Source: Octopus sinensis
Lineage: Eukaryota
Length of the DNA stretch: 64,000 nucleotides
Assembly (NCBI RefSeq): GCF_006345805.1
Contig: NC_043006.1
Location: 49,228,001-49,292,000, forward strand
Direction: 5' to 3'
In this document: piece after piece, positions 12,774 to 25,215 of the stretch
How the letters are laid out: each line of letters starts with the position of its first letter
Numbering within the stretch: the first letter of the stretch is position 1
Position numbers and translations under genes: made by a program
The notes under the pieces: generated by a model
What the model was told of the DNA's origin: nothing
Seen by the model: the letters and a program-made list of their open reading frames with translations, nothing else
Databases searched by the model: none

Positions 12774-13055
12774 CGCCCTATTCAAGCCTAGCCAGGCTCA
12801 TGGGCCCGGTTTCCCCGGCGTATCTGTTCCTCCCAGCTGGACGGGATGCCAGTCCATCGCAGCGTTACTCAAGAAACAGGAAGAGGGAATGACAGAAAGT
12901 TGTGGCGAAAGAGTACAACAGGGGTCACCACCACCTTCTGCCGGAGCCTCGTGGAGCTTTTCAGTGTTTTCGTTCAATAAACACACACAACGCCCGATCT
13001 GGGAATCGAAACCGCGACCCTCCGACCACGAGTCCGCTACCCATTGCGCCTCCAC
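12774..13055 (-). mobile_element. SINE with A head/body and V/D tail
   Basis: same architecture as 9986-10293; TSD TGTGAGTTACT. Confidence 0.85.
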
Positions 13056-13821
13056 TGTGAGTTACTGTATATTCTTATATTTAAGAATTTATACAACGCA
13101 TTCAAATGTTCTCTCTCCGTACATGAATGTTAAGTGAAGCACCGAGTGTGCGCGCACGTGTTTGTGTTTATCTTTTGTTCCCCACCACCACTTCCATTAC
13201 AATTGCTAAAGTAATGCACTGAACGTTCTCAAGGGAAGAAAGAACCAGCATGTAGGTGTTACTGGAAACAGTCAAGTTATAAAACTACTGGGCTCTTCTT
13301 TGATTCTGTTTCTAATCACGTGATTCTCTTTGATGTTGCCGCTTTGATTTATCGACAGGCTGAAAAATTATTGTCGTTATTATTATTATTAAAAGTTCTC
13401 GATCTGATTTTGAAAAGAAAGAAATATAAAAAAAAAAGAGGAAAATAAATGGGGAACTAACACGTGTCTGTTAATGTGCCTCTGTTTCTATATCACTTTG
13501 ATTTTCACGATTAATCCACCTTCTGCGTTGATGATAAACAACGAGTTGCTGGAATTTCACATTCCTTTAGGTTATCTTGCAAAGCTTGTTATGACTCTAA
13601 AGATCAACAGTGAATATGGTAATCACGTTGTTTCTTACTGAAAGAGTAAAAGCTACTTATATAGAAGACAACGAGCGAAACTTAAAAAAGATAATGGAAT
13701 GCACCTAAGTACAGCTCTTTGATTTACATTGATGTCTTTCTTGAAAAACAAATCGCTCTTTCTCTCTCTCTCTCTGTATATATTTTTATATACACGTACA
13801 CATATTTTGTGTTTGTGTATA

Positions 13822-13975
13822 CTGTAAATCCTGGACTATAATCCACATTTCCCCCCAAAATTTAAAGGTCAAAATCCCTGGTGCGTACTATATACGAGGT
13901 TAAAAATGAAAAATATTGTCTGAGTCTCTATTTTTTTTTTTTTAATGTATTTTTCTGAATCGCTAAAGTATTAAC
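13822..13975. mobile_element. Truncated Tc2/pogo-like MITE
   Basis: TA|CTGTAAATCCTGGACTATAAT matches the TIR of 20730-21245 and 57291-57767. Confidence 0.65.
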
Positions 13976-14246
13976 TCTAAACTGTGATGAAAAAAAATTA
14001 TTTCTCGCACCTTATTATTATATGCTTGTATGCTTGTACAGATGAAATATGTTCCATCTTGCGGGATGTTTATATGTATATTCCATGATCAAATGTTCGA
14101 ATTATGAAATGCTATGCGGATGATCTTGCATTTGTTTGTTCCATAACTTTAGTTTGTTATATTTGTCTCTTTCAGTAGAGCACTTCTATAGCAGTCCTAT
14201 TAATATTTTCGTTCCTGACAAGAAACAATCACTGTATTATTGATAT

Positions 14247-14324
<78 letters not shown>

Positions 14325-14387
14325 ATGTATGTATGTATGTATGTATGTATGTATGTATGTATGTATGTATGTATGTGTGTGTGTATA

Positions 14388-15388
14388 CAGGGGTTGGACA
14401 AAATAATGGAAATACCTAGCATCATAGCATCCTAATTTGGAAATATCTATAAAACCATCAAAAGCTTGTTTATTTTTATGTTTTTTGATTTATTATTAGT
14501 GTTGCGTAATACGTTTTGCTAAAATTGCTGTTTCTTTTCAGATATCATCAGAAAAAGGTAATTAAAATTCATTAAAATGACAGATCTATCAGACTTTCAA
14601 AGAGGTCAAATTGTTGGTACTCGTATGGATTTCACGGGAGGGTTGCAATGAGAAAACCACTACTTTCAAAAACAAACGTTGCAAAGCGTTTAGAGTGGAG
14701 TAAAAACCTACAGAATGGTCTCTAGAGCAGTAGAAGAATGTTATTTTCTCGGACGAGTCATCCTTTACCTTATTTCCGACCACCGGCTGAGTATACTTGT
14801 AGAGACAGCCAAAAGAAGTATTTGACCTAGACTGCTTTCTTCCAACTGCTAAACATGAAGAAGGCTCTGTGATGATGATGATTGGTGAGGGACTATATCT
14901 TGGAAATCCGCCGGCCCAATGGGTCCCCTTCATGGCAGAATTAATAGTCAAGACTATTTAAGCATTTTATCTGATCTAATTCATCCTATGATTGCGGAAC
15001 TGTTTCCGGACGGAAACGCAATCTTTCAGGATGATAAAACACCAATTCACACAGCTAAAGTTGTTACTGAATGGCACGGAGAACATTGTAGCGAAGTTGA
15101 ACATCGTATCTGGCCACCAAAGTCTCCAGGTCTCAATATTATTAAACATTTATGGTGCATTTTAGAAAAACAAGTAAGGAGTCGATATCCTCCATCATCA
15201 TTGCTACAAGAACTGGAGACTGTTTTAGCTGAAGAATGGACAAAAGATTCCATTGGAAACTATTCAAATTTTGTACGAATCCATACCTCGTAGACTTCAG
15301 GTTGTAATTACTGCCAAAGGCGGTCCTACCCAATATTAAGATAAATTTGTTTGAAATTTTAAGGTGTTTCCATTATTTTGTCCAACTC

Positions 15389-15391
<3 letters not shown>
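14388..15391 (+). mobile_element. Tc1-family DNA transposon, decayed and internally deleted, DD36E spacing
   Basis: 30-bp TIRs CAGG(G/A)GTTGGACAAAATAATGGAAA(T/C)ACCT with TA TSD; transposase remnants MTDLSDFQRGQIVG (14577), VIFSDES (~14740), FQDD...WPPKSPGLNIIKHLW (ORF 14919-15293); stops and frameshifts. Confidence 0.92.
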
Positions 15392-15477
<86 letters not shown>

Positions 15478-15973
15478 GGGTGAAGATAATAATGCAAATA
15501 AACAAAAAAACCCGCTTGGGCTAGATATATAGAATAAGCGTGCATGTTTATTTTGTAAACAGGTAAACAGAGAGAAAACAAAAAAGCCGAAAATATTCAG
15601 ACGATGAATATTCATGTATAAATATGTAAATATCTCTATATTTTTACATGAATATTCATCGTCTGTTTATTTTCACTCCTTGTTTTTCTCTATTTACATG
15701 TATACGGGTATGTATATTTTGTGTGACTAACCCAAGTGGTTTATTTGTTTATTTGCATCATTATCTCAATATCTGCTCACCTGGATTCTTCTTATAGCCA
15801 CTCTTTACACCTCGGACTTATTCCTCGTTTAAAGATTTTGTAGTATAAGTTCAAACCATTTTAGCGCTAAGATGATGATGATGATGATGATGATGATAAG
15901 GATAAATAATGTATTTTAAAAAATTTCGCTCGCTGACAGAAAAGAGACGAAGTCAAATAAATAAATGAATAAA

Positions 15974-16364
15974 TCTCTCTATATATAAAGCTGAAGTTGT
16001 CTGTGTGTGGCAGGTTTGGTAGCCTTCAACTAACACTATCTCCCTCGAGAACCTGCGGCGCAAGTTGACCAAAATTGAGAGTATGATAGAAGAAGGCTTG
16101 CTCTTCCTTCTGTAGAAGAAAAAATTCAAATCGGACCATGTTAACACCAAAAATTTTTTACATCAAAAAGGTGCTTTTTTCTATGAAAATCTCTATTTTT
16201 TACTATTTTTTGACTGATGTGTCGCCATTTTTCGGTGTATTTCAACCAGAAAAATGTTCACTTAAAGAGAATAACAAGCTACATAATTCAAAATTTTTAC
16301 TTTTCAAAAATTCCAATTCTAAAGGGTCGAAACAAAACTGAGCAACGCCGGGCGATATTGCTAG
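15974..16364 (+). mobile_element. Non-autonomous Helitron
   Basis: A|TC start with TATATATAAAG; 3' hairpin GCAACGCCGGGCGATATTGC then CTAG|T; no TSD. Confidence 0.7.
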
Positions 16365-17178
16365 TCTAGTGATAATAGTGAACTACGTTGAATGAGAAGG
16401 GGAGATAATTTTAAGAAATTTAAAATAAAATTCACGGTTAAATATAATCGTGAATCAACCAAATCAAAAGACTGGCTCTTGAAGACAAGAGAGAAATATA
16501 TGGGGCATCCAGGAAATCTGGGAATGAGCATCAAATTGTCTCCTCCATCCTCCCGTCACCAAGTATGCTAATTCAACCGTGGAATTATTCTGAATTCTCC
16601 AGTTACTGTGCAAGGGATTGGGCCGCCATTATATACATGCCTTTCGTGAAAAATGAATAGAATTAGAAAGAAAACTATGAAGTTGAATCATCTTTGACAT
16701 AGGAGGAGACAAACTCTCCTTGATGATGGTGATGATGACGATGATGGTGGTAATGGTGACGACAACGACGATGAGGAGGAGAAAGGGGACGATGACAATG
16801 ATGATGATAATTGTAACCCAGAGTTCACTGTCGGACAGAACTGCTCTGAAAAGGCGGAAGAGCAACGTTTTACGTCTGGGCACAAGGAAAACAAGAACAC
16901 TATCTGGAAAATTTAACAATCGTATACAGGAAACAGAAGAAATGAAATGAATACTAACATCATGGGAATATCTAAGGGTAGTTGAGCAGATGATGGCTAA
17001 ATTGTAAGAAAAAAATAACACAACGGTGTGATAAAAAAAACGTATTGAAAAGTAGTGGGATTTCTAATGGAGAAAGTTAATGAAAAATCGCTGATTGGTA
17101 CTGGACAATGTAGAGTGATATAGCAAAACTACAAGGAAAACCTTTCAGTATAATTTCATACAGGTGTATATATCAAAA

Positions 17179-17199
17179 CACACACACACACACACTCAC

Positions 17200-17285
<86 letters not shown>
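17179..17285. repeat. (CA)n microsatellite
   Basis: direct reading. Confidence 0.95.
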
Positions 17286-17289
<4 letters not shown>

Positions 17290-18138
17290 CACTTCAAAGC
17301 AAAAAAAATCTATTACATATGTGGGAAATTCTGTCGGTGGGTGTGTTTGTGGAGTTGTTAGCTAACTCCTCCTACAACCTTTCATCGATTTGATGAAACT
17401 TGACACGTGAGTAAAACTCATGTCTGGAAAGCCCATGGCATACTCACATTTTTGGTAAATCAATAATAGGGCCCCTGGAAGGGATCCTTATATATATATA
17501 TCTAATATATTTTATTTCAAAACCACATATATACGTTTATACATTCGTTTTGCAAGATTCTTGATGTGAATTCGTGTGTTGAAACAGATATTGTTGTATT
17601 TGGGAACGGTCATGTTGCTAGTTTAGCCAATGAAAACACACGCACTATATATTTAGTGTTCACTTGCTTCAGCTTTATTTCATATTAATTGTATTTCGGT
17701 CAGAGTTTTTCGTCACACTTCTGTAACCACATCAGTGGTCCTTTGCTTTCTTCTTTCTTTTTTGTGTCTCTCCTTACTAACGATCTGTCATTTTGTATTC
17801 CTGTTGTATGTGTCTTTATTTGCGCATGCGTATATCCCTGTGTGTCTTTATGTTTAGTGTATGTGTGGGAATGTATATGGTACCTATATTATCAGTATCC
17901 CCTTTTTATACATGTTCGTTTAATTTACTTTTATTTATTTTATTCATTTGTTTTTATCTACTCACTTTTTCATTTCTTTCTTTTTTGTATTAATTTAATT
18001 TAATTTATTTTATTTTGTTCATGTATATAATTATTTAACTCTAATTTATCTGTGTATTGTATTAGTTTCATATTATTATCAGTTTATGGGGATCTTATTC
18101 TGTCATAGGTTGTGGTGTGTGGGGGTGTTGCTAGTGTT

Positions 18139-18367
18139 CCATTCTAGTTTTCTGTTGAGGCTAGAATTATCTTCTATTATGTATGTAGCTTCCTTATTAG
18201 TCTAATCGTTGCGTCTGTTCTATGTGTGGACAAGATTTTAACTTCTATGTTGTTGAGTGTTCCCGCTCAGCATGCTGGTATAGAACCGATGAGCTCTTCT
18301 CTTCCTTAAGTTCCCGCCAATGCACATTTACCCGCTCTCCTATGCTCCGTACTGTTTCCCCTGCGTA
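18139..18367 (-). pseudogene. GIY-YIG endonuclease C-terminal remnant of a Penelope-like element (remnant ~17520-18540)
   Basis: manual minus-strand translation across frameshifts: YAGETVRSIGERVNVH...SSVLYQHAEREH...IEVKILST...IRLI.EATYI...SLNRKLEW. Confidence 0.65.
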
Positions 18368-18562
18368 CGTCGTTTGTCTTGTTTCTGTAGTTTAGGATTA
18401 TCTCTGCTTGGTATCTCTTACTGACGAATGCATAACGAACCAGAAATGCATACAGGAGTGAAAGAGAGAGCATCACTGAGCTGAAATCACCCTTAGAAGT
18501 TAAAATCTGCTACAAACATATTTGAACTAAATTTATTCATTTCTCATCGCTGCTTTGCATAA

Positions 18563-18940
18563 TGTGGTAAGAAACTTGCTTCCCAACCGCATGGTTTCGG
18601 GTTCAGTCCCGCTGCGTAGCACCTTGGGCAAGTGCTACTATATATAGCCTCGAGCCGACCAAAGCCTTGTAAGTGGATTCGATCTACGGAAACTGAAAGA
18701 AGACCGTCGTATGTGTGTGTGTGTGTGTATGCGTGCTTGTCACCCACGCCATCGCTTGACAACCGATGCTGGTGTGTTTATGTCCCCGTAACTTAGTGGT
18801 TCGGCAAAAGAGACCGATAGAATAAGTTCTAGGTTTACAAAGAATAAGTCCTGGGGTCGATTTCTTCGCCTAAAACCCTTTAAGGCGGTGCTCCAGCATG
18901 GCCGCAATCAAATGACTGAAACAAGTAAAAGAATAAAAGA
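18563..18940 (+). mobile_element. SINE family B
   Basis: head, (TG)n, tail. Confidence 0.85.
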
Positions 18941-18950
18941 ATATATATGC

Positions 18951-19007
<57 letters not shown>

Positions 19008-19472
19008 CGTGCGCGCGTGCGTGCGTGCATGCGTGTATTAAATATTGTTACAATTGTTCTTGCTACTTTCTTTCTAGTAGTTCCTATTTCAATAACGCGC
19101 TGTTCCTATTTCAATGACAACGAACTTTCTGCTTTTCTTACGTTATTTCCTCTTCCTTTTCTTCCACTGAAGAGTGAGTGAGGCTACTGAGTGGGAGAGA
19201 GAGAGAAAGAGAGAGAGAGAAAATATTGCGCGTGTGTACAGACTTGAATTGGCTATGTGCCAACGGGTAACGTCATATTAAATTCTCGAACGATGTCATT
19301 CACCTAAGAAGCCTTCATGCCTATGAATGTTCAGTGCACGAGTATGTCTATGTATCTTTGTTTCTAAATGCTTTTGTTTATATGTAAATCATTAACGACA
19401 GGTAGTTAACCTAAATGAATTATTTACAATATTTACATTCGACGGATATTTGTCCTCATCTCGATTGTTGTT

Positions 19473-19525
19473 AACACAACGTTTCGGCTGATATACCCTC
19501 CAGCCTTCATCCTTCATCGGGTGTC
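19473..19525 (-). ncRNA. Minimal type I hammerhead-like fold in a Penelope-like terminal repeat (degenerate copy)
   Basis: minus strand GACAC-CCGATGA-[7-nt duplication]-A-GGCTG-loop-CAGCC-GAAA-CGTT-GTGTT; stems I and II pair. Confidence 0.55.
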
Positions 19526-19585
19526 TTGGGGAAATTTCGAACCTGGGGTCGATTTGTTCGACTAAAGGCCATGTGTATATATATA

Positions 19586-19662
<77 letters not shown>

Positions 19663-19665
<3 letters not shown>

Positions 19666-19769
19666 TTGTGTGTTTCTTAAATGGCTTACAAACACCTTCC
19701 ACGCTGCAATTGTTTTCGTTTCAGCACACGATCTCAGATTAAATTACTTGCTATGCGAGTACATCTCCC
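19663..19769. mobile_element. Single arm of fold-back family I
   Basis: matches 31745-31847, ends TTGCTATGCGAGTACATCTCC. Confidence 0.75.
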
Positions 19770-19841
<72 letters not shown>

Positions 19842-20729
19842 CAGGTATGTATATGTATGTGTGTGCGTATGTATAATTATGTATATTTATGTGGAAATCT
19901 AAGGTAAACTTATAGTGTGTGTCTATTTTCCCTATCATATTTTTCACATGCTTGTTCTACGTCTCTTTTCTTTATTCTCCCACTCTGCCTTTTTCTCTTA
20001 ATTTGTTTCCCTCGTCATTTCCTTTTATCCTCTACTGATTTTCCTTTTCCGTCGATGCAACGCATACGTCCTCTCTCTCTCTTACTTTCTTTTTCATTTC
20101 ACATATCTTTTCCCTTCTCCGTTTGTACTTCACCTGCGCGGTTGTCTATTATGAACGTTTTCGTTTCGTTTCCGAACGGACAAACATAGATGAGCGCGTG
20201 AGCACACAGACACACATGCACGAACGCGCACACAGATCGATGTAACGGTGTAACACAAATAAATGTACAACGTAACGCAAATTTATAGTATAGTGTGTGT
20301 GTGCGTGAGAGAGAGAGAGAGAGAGATAGAGAGACAGACAGACAGAGACAGAGACAGAAAGAGAAAGAAAGAGAGTATGTGCATGTGTGGACGCGTGTAT
20401 ATGCGTGTGTCTAGAAGTCGTTACAAGAATTTTTAAAATCATTTTGCTGTATTATTGTATTTGATGGCACATGCGACGCACTTTCTTTTCAGAAATACGT
20501 TTTGGAACATTACTCGGGTCTTATATGCAAAGTTGGGCATCCCATATGCACTAGCATAGCTAGTGTGGGCAGTGGGGGCAGCATTTGTGGGTCCGCTTTA
20601 GGCAATGTGTTTTTTGTGGGGTCCGGGGCGGCAAACAAAAGGGCCGCCCCGGGCGGCACACACTCTAGCAACGCTAGAGCCCATATGATCTTTTTGGCTG
20701 CTGTCGCAGATTTGCAAATTTTAAAATTA

Positions 20730-21245
20730 CCGTAAATCCTCGAGTATAGTTCGCCCTTGAGTATAATGCGCAGGGGATTTTTAGGGGGCTGTACCTCTGA
20801 AAAACCTTAACCTTGTGTATAATACGCACCTTTCTTTAACTTGAGTCAAGGAGGTCTATATAACGTCCTTGGTTTGTAAAAATGTATACGGTAACGTCCT
20901 TTATTATTATTGTATATATAACAATGCAAACGTGTAGCTTTTTTGTGCATTTTGCTTACAGAAAATAAAGAAATAACAGTAATAACGTTTAATAAATGTT
21001 GCTTACTGCAAGTTATGGATGATTCTTTTATGACTTCATTGCTTTCAGGCTTAGCTTAAGGTATTTTCGCGCCCGACATCACAAAATGCGTCTGAATAAA
21101 CATTGCCGGACAGCAAATAGAGACTCGTACATTGCTTAAAAATAATTTTCGCTTTTAACCTCGTATACAGTACGCACTAGCGATTTTGACATTTAAATTT
21201 TTTTTGTGGGGGGGGGGGATGCGGATTATACTCGAGGATTTACGG
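20730..21245. mobile_element. Tc2/pogo-like MITE, full length
   Basis: TA|CCGTAAATCCTCGAGTATA ... TATACTCGAGGATTTACGG|TA. Confidence 0.85.
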
Positions 21246-21733
21246 TAAGTGAAAATTTTCAAATTTGATATATTGCTGTGATCTTCACGCTGAATCCGAA
21301 TTCGGGAGTCAACTATTCCAGGAAAAACGAAAAAAAAAAAAAATTAGGAAACTATTATTGATGTTCAAAGTTTGATAATTTGTCGTCGACAAGAAAACAG
21401 GAATCGGAATTTTCTGCGTGGTAGCTGTCAGTTACAAAATAATTCTCGTCAAAATTTGTGGTGGTGGTTGCGATGGTGAAACTATCACAGTGATGCGTGA
21501 GTACGTCTTTGTTACAATGAAAACGGGGCAGACTTCACATTTGGTTGTTACTATCGAACCAGACATCAAAGTGAGATATACAATCATGTTGTAAAATGGT
21601 GGCTTTCGATTAGCTAAAAATAGCCAAACTTTGCAAACTTTAAAAGCAATTAAATTCTTATTCATTAATTCATGGGAAAATGAATGCTTGTTACTAATCA
21701 AAACATCAACTCATTTTCTACTATCTTTATTGA

Positions 21734-22486
21734 TTTCAAATTCTGGCACAAGGCCAGCATTTGCAAGGGAGGGGCAAAGTTGATTACAACTGGCGCTTAT
21801 TTTATCGATCCAAAAGGATGAAAGGTAAAGTCGACCCCAGTAGAATTTGAACTTAGGACGTAAAGACGGACGAAATGCCTATTTCTTTACTACCTACAAG
21901 GAGCTAAACACAGAGAGGACAGACAAGGACAGACAAACGGATTAAGTCGATTATATCGACCCCAGTGCGTAACTGGTACTTATTTAATCGATCCCGAAAG
22001 GATGAAAGGCAAAGTCGACCTCGGCAGAATTTGAACTCAGAACGTAGCGGCAGACGAAATGCCTATTTCTTTACTACCCACAAGGGGCTAAACACAGAGA
22101 GGACAAACAAGGATAGACAAACGGATTAAGTCGATCATATCGACCCCAGTGCGTAACTGGTACTTATTTAATCGATCCCGAAAGGATGAAAGGCAAAGTC
22201 GACCTCGGCGGAATTTGAACTCAGAACGTGTAGACAGACGAAGTGCCTATTTCTTTACTACCCACAAGGGGCTAAACACAGAGGAGACAAACAAGGACAG
22301 ACAGACGGATTAAGTCGATTATATCGACCTCAGTGCGTAACTGGTACTTAATTTATCGACTTCGAAAGGATGAAAGGCAAAGTCGACTTCGGCGGAATTT
22401 GAACTCACAACGTAACCACAGACGAAATGCCGCTAAGCGTTTTGCCTGGCATGCAAACAATTCTTCCAGCTCGCTACATTTACTTA
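21734..22486 (-). mobile_element. SINE family C multimer, 4 modules
   Basis: junctions at 21871, 22055, 22239 (184-bp period); single TSD CTACTATCTTTATTGA at 21718 and 22487. Confidence 0.85.
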
Positions 22487-22931
22487 CTACTATCTTTATT
22501 GAGTTTTCATGCTTCAGGCGCACCTGGGCATCGCCCTCCCTCCTATCGTCATTATTTGATCTAAAACGTTGTTATTGAAAAGAAAAAAATCTCCTCAAAA
22601 TTCATGCGATAACTATAGATTTCTCACATTTGTATGAAATTAAAATATTTTTGCGGGGAGATATAAAGCTAGTATGAATTATTTATAATTTTTGCTTTTG
22701 TTTCCTACAAATCAAAAGAAATAGACCGGTTTCGATTTTATTCGTCGCGTAAAGGGAAAATAATTACACAACACCTGGTTTGAGAGTATGGGTGAAAATA
22801 GGCGAGAATTCAAATCATAAAAGCGACCAATTTTAATTTAGAGTATCAATTAAGGTGAGTTTACATAACTGTGTTTGTGAGAGTCTATATAGATATTTCG
22901 TGTTTTACGAAATCAATTGGATAATGTGCTT

Positions 22932-23340
22932 GGCGTGGCTGTGTGGTTAAGAAGTTTGATTCCCAGCCACGCGGTCCCGGGTTCAGTCCCACTGCGCGGT
23001 GTCTTCGACAAGTGCCTTCTACTTTAGCCACAGGCCATCGAATAGCCTTGTGAGTGGATTTGGTAGACGGAAACTGAATGAAGCCCATCACACATATACG
23101 TGTGTGTGTGTGTGTGTGCATGTACCTGTGTGTGTATGTGAATATATTTGTTCCTCACCACCGCTTGACAACGGCTGTTGGCTTGATTGCGACACCGTAC
23201 ACTTAGCGATTCAGCAAAAGATACCGATATAACAATACCATTGGTTGAAAAAAAAAACAAAAAAAACACGTACTGTGGGTGATTTGTTCGACTGAACACT
23301 TGAAGATTGCAATCCAATGACTGAAACTAGCAAAAGATAA
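22932..23340 (+). mobile_element. SINE family B, diverged
   Basis: head, (TG)n, tail. Confidence 0.75.
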
Positions 23341-23407
23341 ATGGTAAAACAAGACATATAACAAAGTCAATGGAATAACGTGTTGCAGAAAGTGTTATAC
23401 AAAATAT

Positions 23408-24356
23408 ACTTTTCTACTCTTGGCACCAGGCCTGAAATTTTTGGAGAGGGCGCTAGTCGATTAGATCAACTCCAGTACACAACTGGTACTTAAGTTATCG
23501 ACCCTGAAAGGATGAAAGGCAAAGTCGACCTCGGCGGAATTTGAACTCAGAACGTGTAGACAGACGAAATACCTATTTCTTAACTACCCACAAGGGGCTA
23601 CACACAGAGAGGACAAACAAGGACAGACAAACGGATTAAACCGATTATATCGATCCCAGTGCGTAACTGGTACTTATTTAATCGACCTCGAAAGGATGAA
23701 AGGCAAAGTCGACCTCGGCGGAATTTGAACTCAGAACGTGTAGACAGACGAAATACCTATTTCTTTACTACCCACAAGGGGCTACACACAGAGAGGACAA
23801 AATGGACAGACAAACGGATTAAGCCGATTATATCGATCCCAGTGCGTAACTGGTACTTATTTAATCGACCCCGAAAGGATGAAAGGCAAAGTCGACCTCG
23901 GCGGAATTTGGACTCAGGACGTGTAGACAGACGAAATACCTATTTCTTAACTACCCACAAGGGGCTACACACAGAGAGGACAAACAAGGACAGACAAACG
24001 GATTAAACCGATTATATCGATCCCAGTGCGTAACTGGTACTTATTTAATCGACCTCGAAAGGATGAAAGGCAAAGTCGACCTCGGCGGAATTTGAACTCA
24101 GAACGTGTAGACAGACGAAATACCTATTTCTTTACTACCCACAAGGGGCTAAACACAGAGAGGACAAAATGGACAGACAAACGGATTAAGCCGATTATAT
24201 CGATCCCAGTGCGTAACTGGTACTTATTTAATCGACCCCGAAAGGATGAAAGGCAAAGTCGACCTCGGCGGAATTTGAACTCAGAACGTAGCGACAGACG
24301 AAATACTGCTGAGCATTTCGCCCGGCGTGCTAACGTTTCTGCCAGCTTGCCGCCTT
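23408..24356 (-). mobile_element. SINE family C multimer, 5 modules
   Basis: junctions at 23565, 23749, 23932, 24116; head at ~24300-24356; TSD TG(T/C)TATA(C/G)AAAATAT at 23393 and 24357. Confidence 0.88.
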
Positions 24357-24546
24357 TGCTATAGAAAATATGTTTATATGTTTGTGTTTGTAAAGTCGAA
24401 ATTTTTATGAACAGGTAGGCAAATGACAGCAGTAAAGATATACGCAGTTGAAGTTATTCTGTAGAGGCCAAATCAAGGGCGAACTAGATTTCTAGTAAAA
24501 TAAAATAAAACGTGAGTAAAATAAAAGGTGATGGCTTAAAGAACGA

Positions 24547-25215
24547 GGATCTTTACCTTTTGACCTACAGATTTAAAAAATAATTTTTTGTAACTAAACA
24601 CTTTCAAACTACGGACACTGGTAGAATGTGTCATATAAAATATGTTTTACTCTTAGCATTTTTGAGAAAAGCTTATATTTACGAAGTTATTTCACGTTAA
24701 AGTTGTAGTATTTCGGTAATTTCAACCAATCAATGATGTGTATTCAGCTGAATAAAATTACTGCTGTTGTTTGTCAGCAAGAACTTTCGGCGGTGTATAT
24801 TTCGTTTGTCACTGTTATTTATGACAACCCAAACCCTAAAACTCTAACCCTAACCCTAACCTTAACCTTAACCCTAAAACCCTAACTCTAAAACCCTAAC
24901 CCTCAAACCTTAAAACCAGTACAAACGCACAAACAATGTCATAAATAACAGTGACAAACGAAAAATACATCGCCGATAGTTGTTGTTGACAAACAACGAC
25001 AGTAATTTTATTCAGCTGAATACACGTCATTGATTGGTTGAAATTACCGAAATACGACAACTTTAACGTGAAATAACTTCGTAAATATGTTTTTCTCAAA
25101 AACGCTAAGAGTAAAAGATATTTTATATGACACATTCTACCAGTGTCCGAAATTTGAAAGTGTTTAGTTACAAAAAATTGTTTTTTAAATCTGTAGGGCA
25201 AAAGGTAAAGATTCC
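24547..25215. mobile_element. Long-TIR MITE with GGATC termini (Merlin-like) and a TAACCC core
   Basis: ~280-bp inverted arms GGATCTTTACCTTTTG ... CAAAAGGTAAAGATTCC; TAACCC-like repeats at ~24826-24915; no TSD visible for this copy. Confidence 0.75.

Noticed and set aside
14113-14124. YADD motif as a reverse transcriptase
   Set aside because: Four codons with no other RT motif recognisable nearby; at most a tiny remnant.
21871-22055. Hammerhead ribozyme in family C modules (retrozyme model)
   Set aside because: I found no CUGANGA...GAAA core on either strand of the module.
21734-24356. Regular 184-bp arrays as CRISPR or a coding repeat (MRNWYLFNRPRKDERQSR ORFs)
   Set aside because: No unique spacers and no cas genes; the units are SINE modules with B boxes and TSDs, and the ORFs are antisense SINE translations.
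24826-24915. Interstitial telomere from a chromosome fusion
   Set aside because: The tract is short, degenerate and sits at the centre of a multi-copy TIR element.
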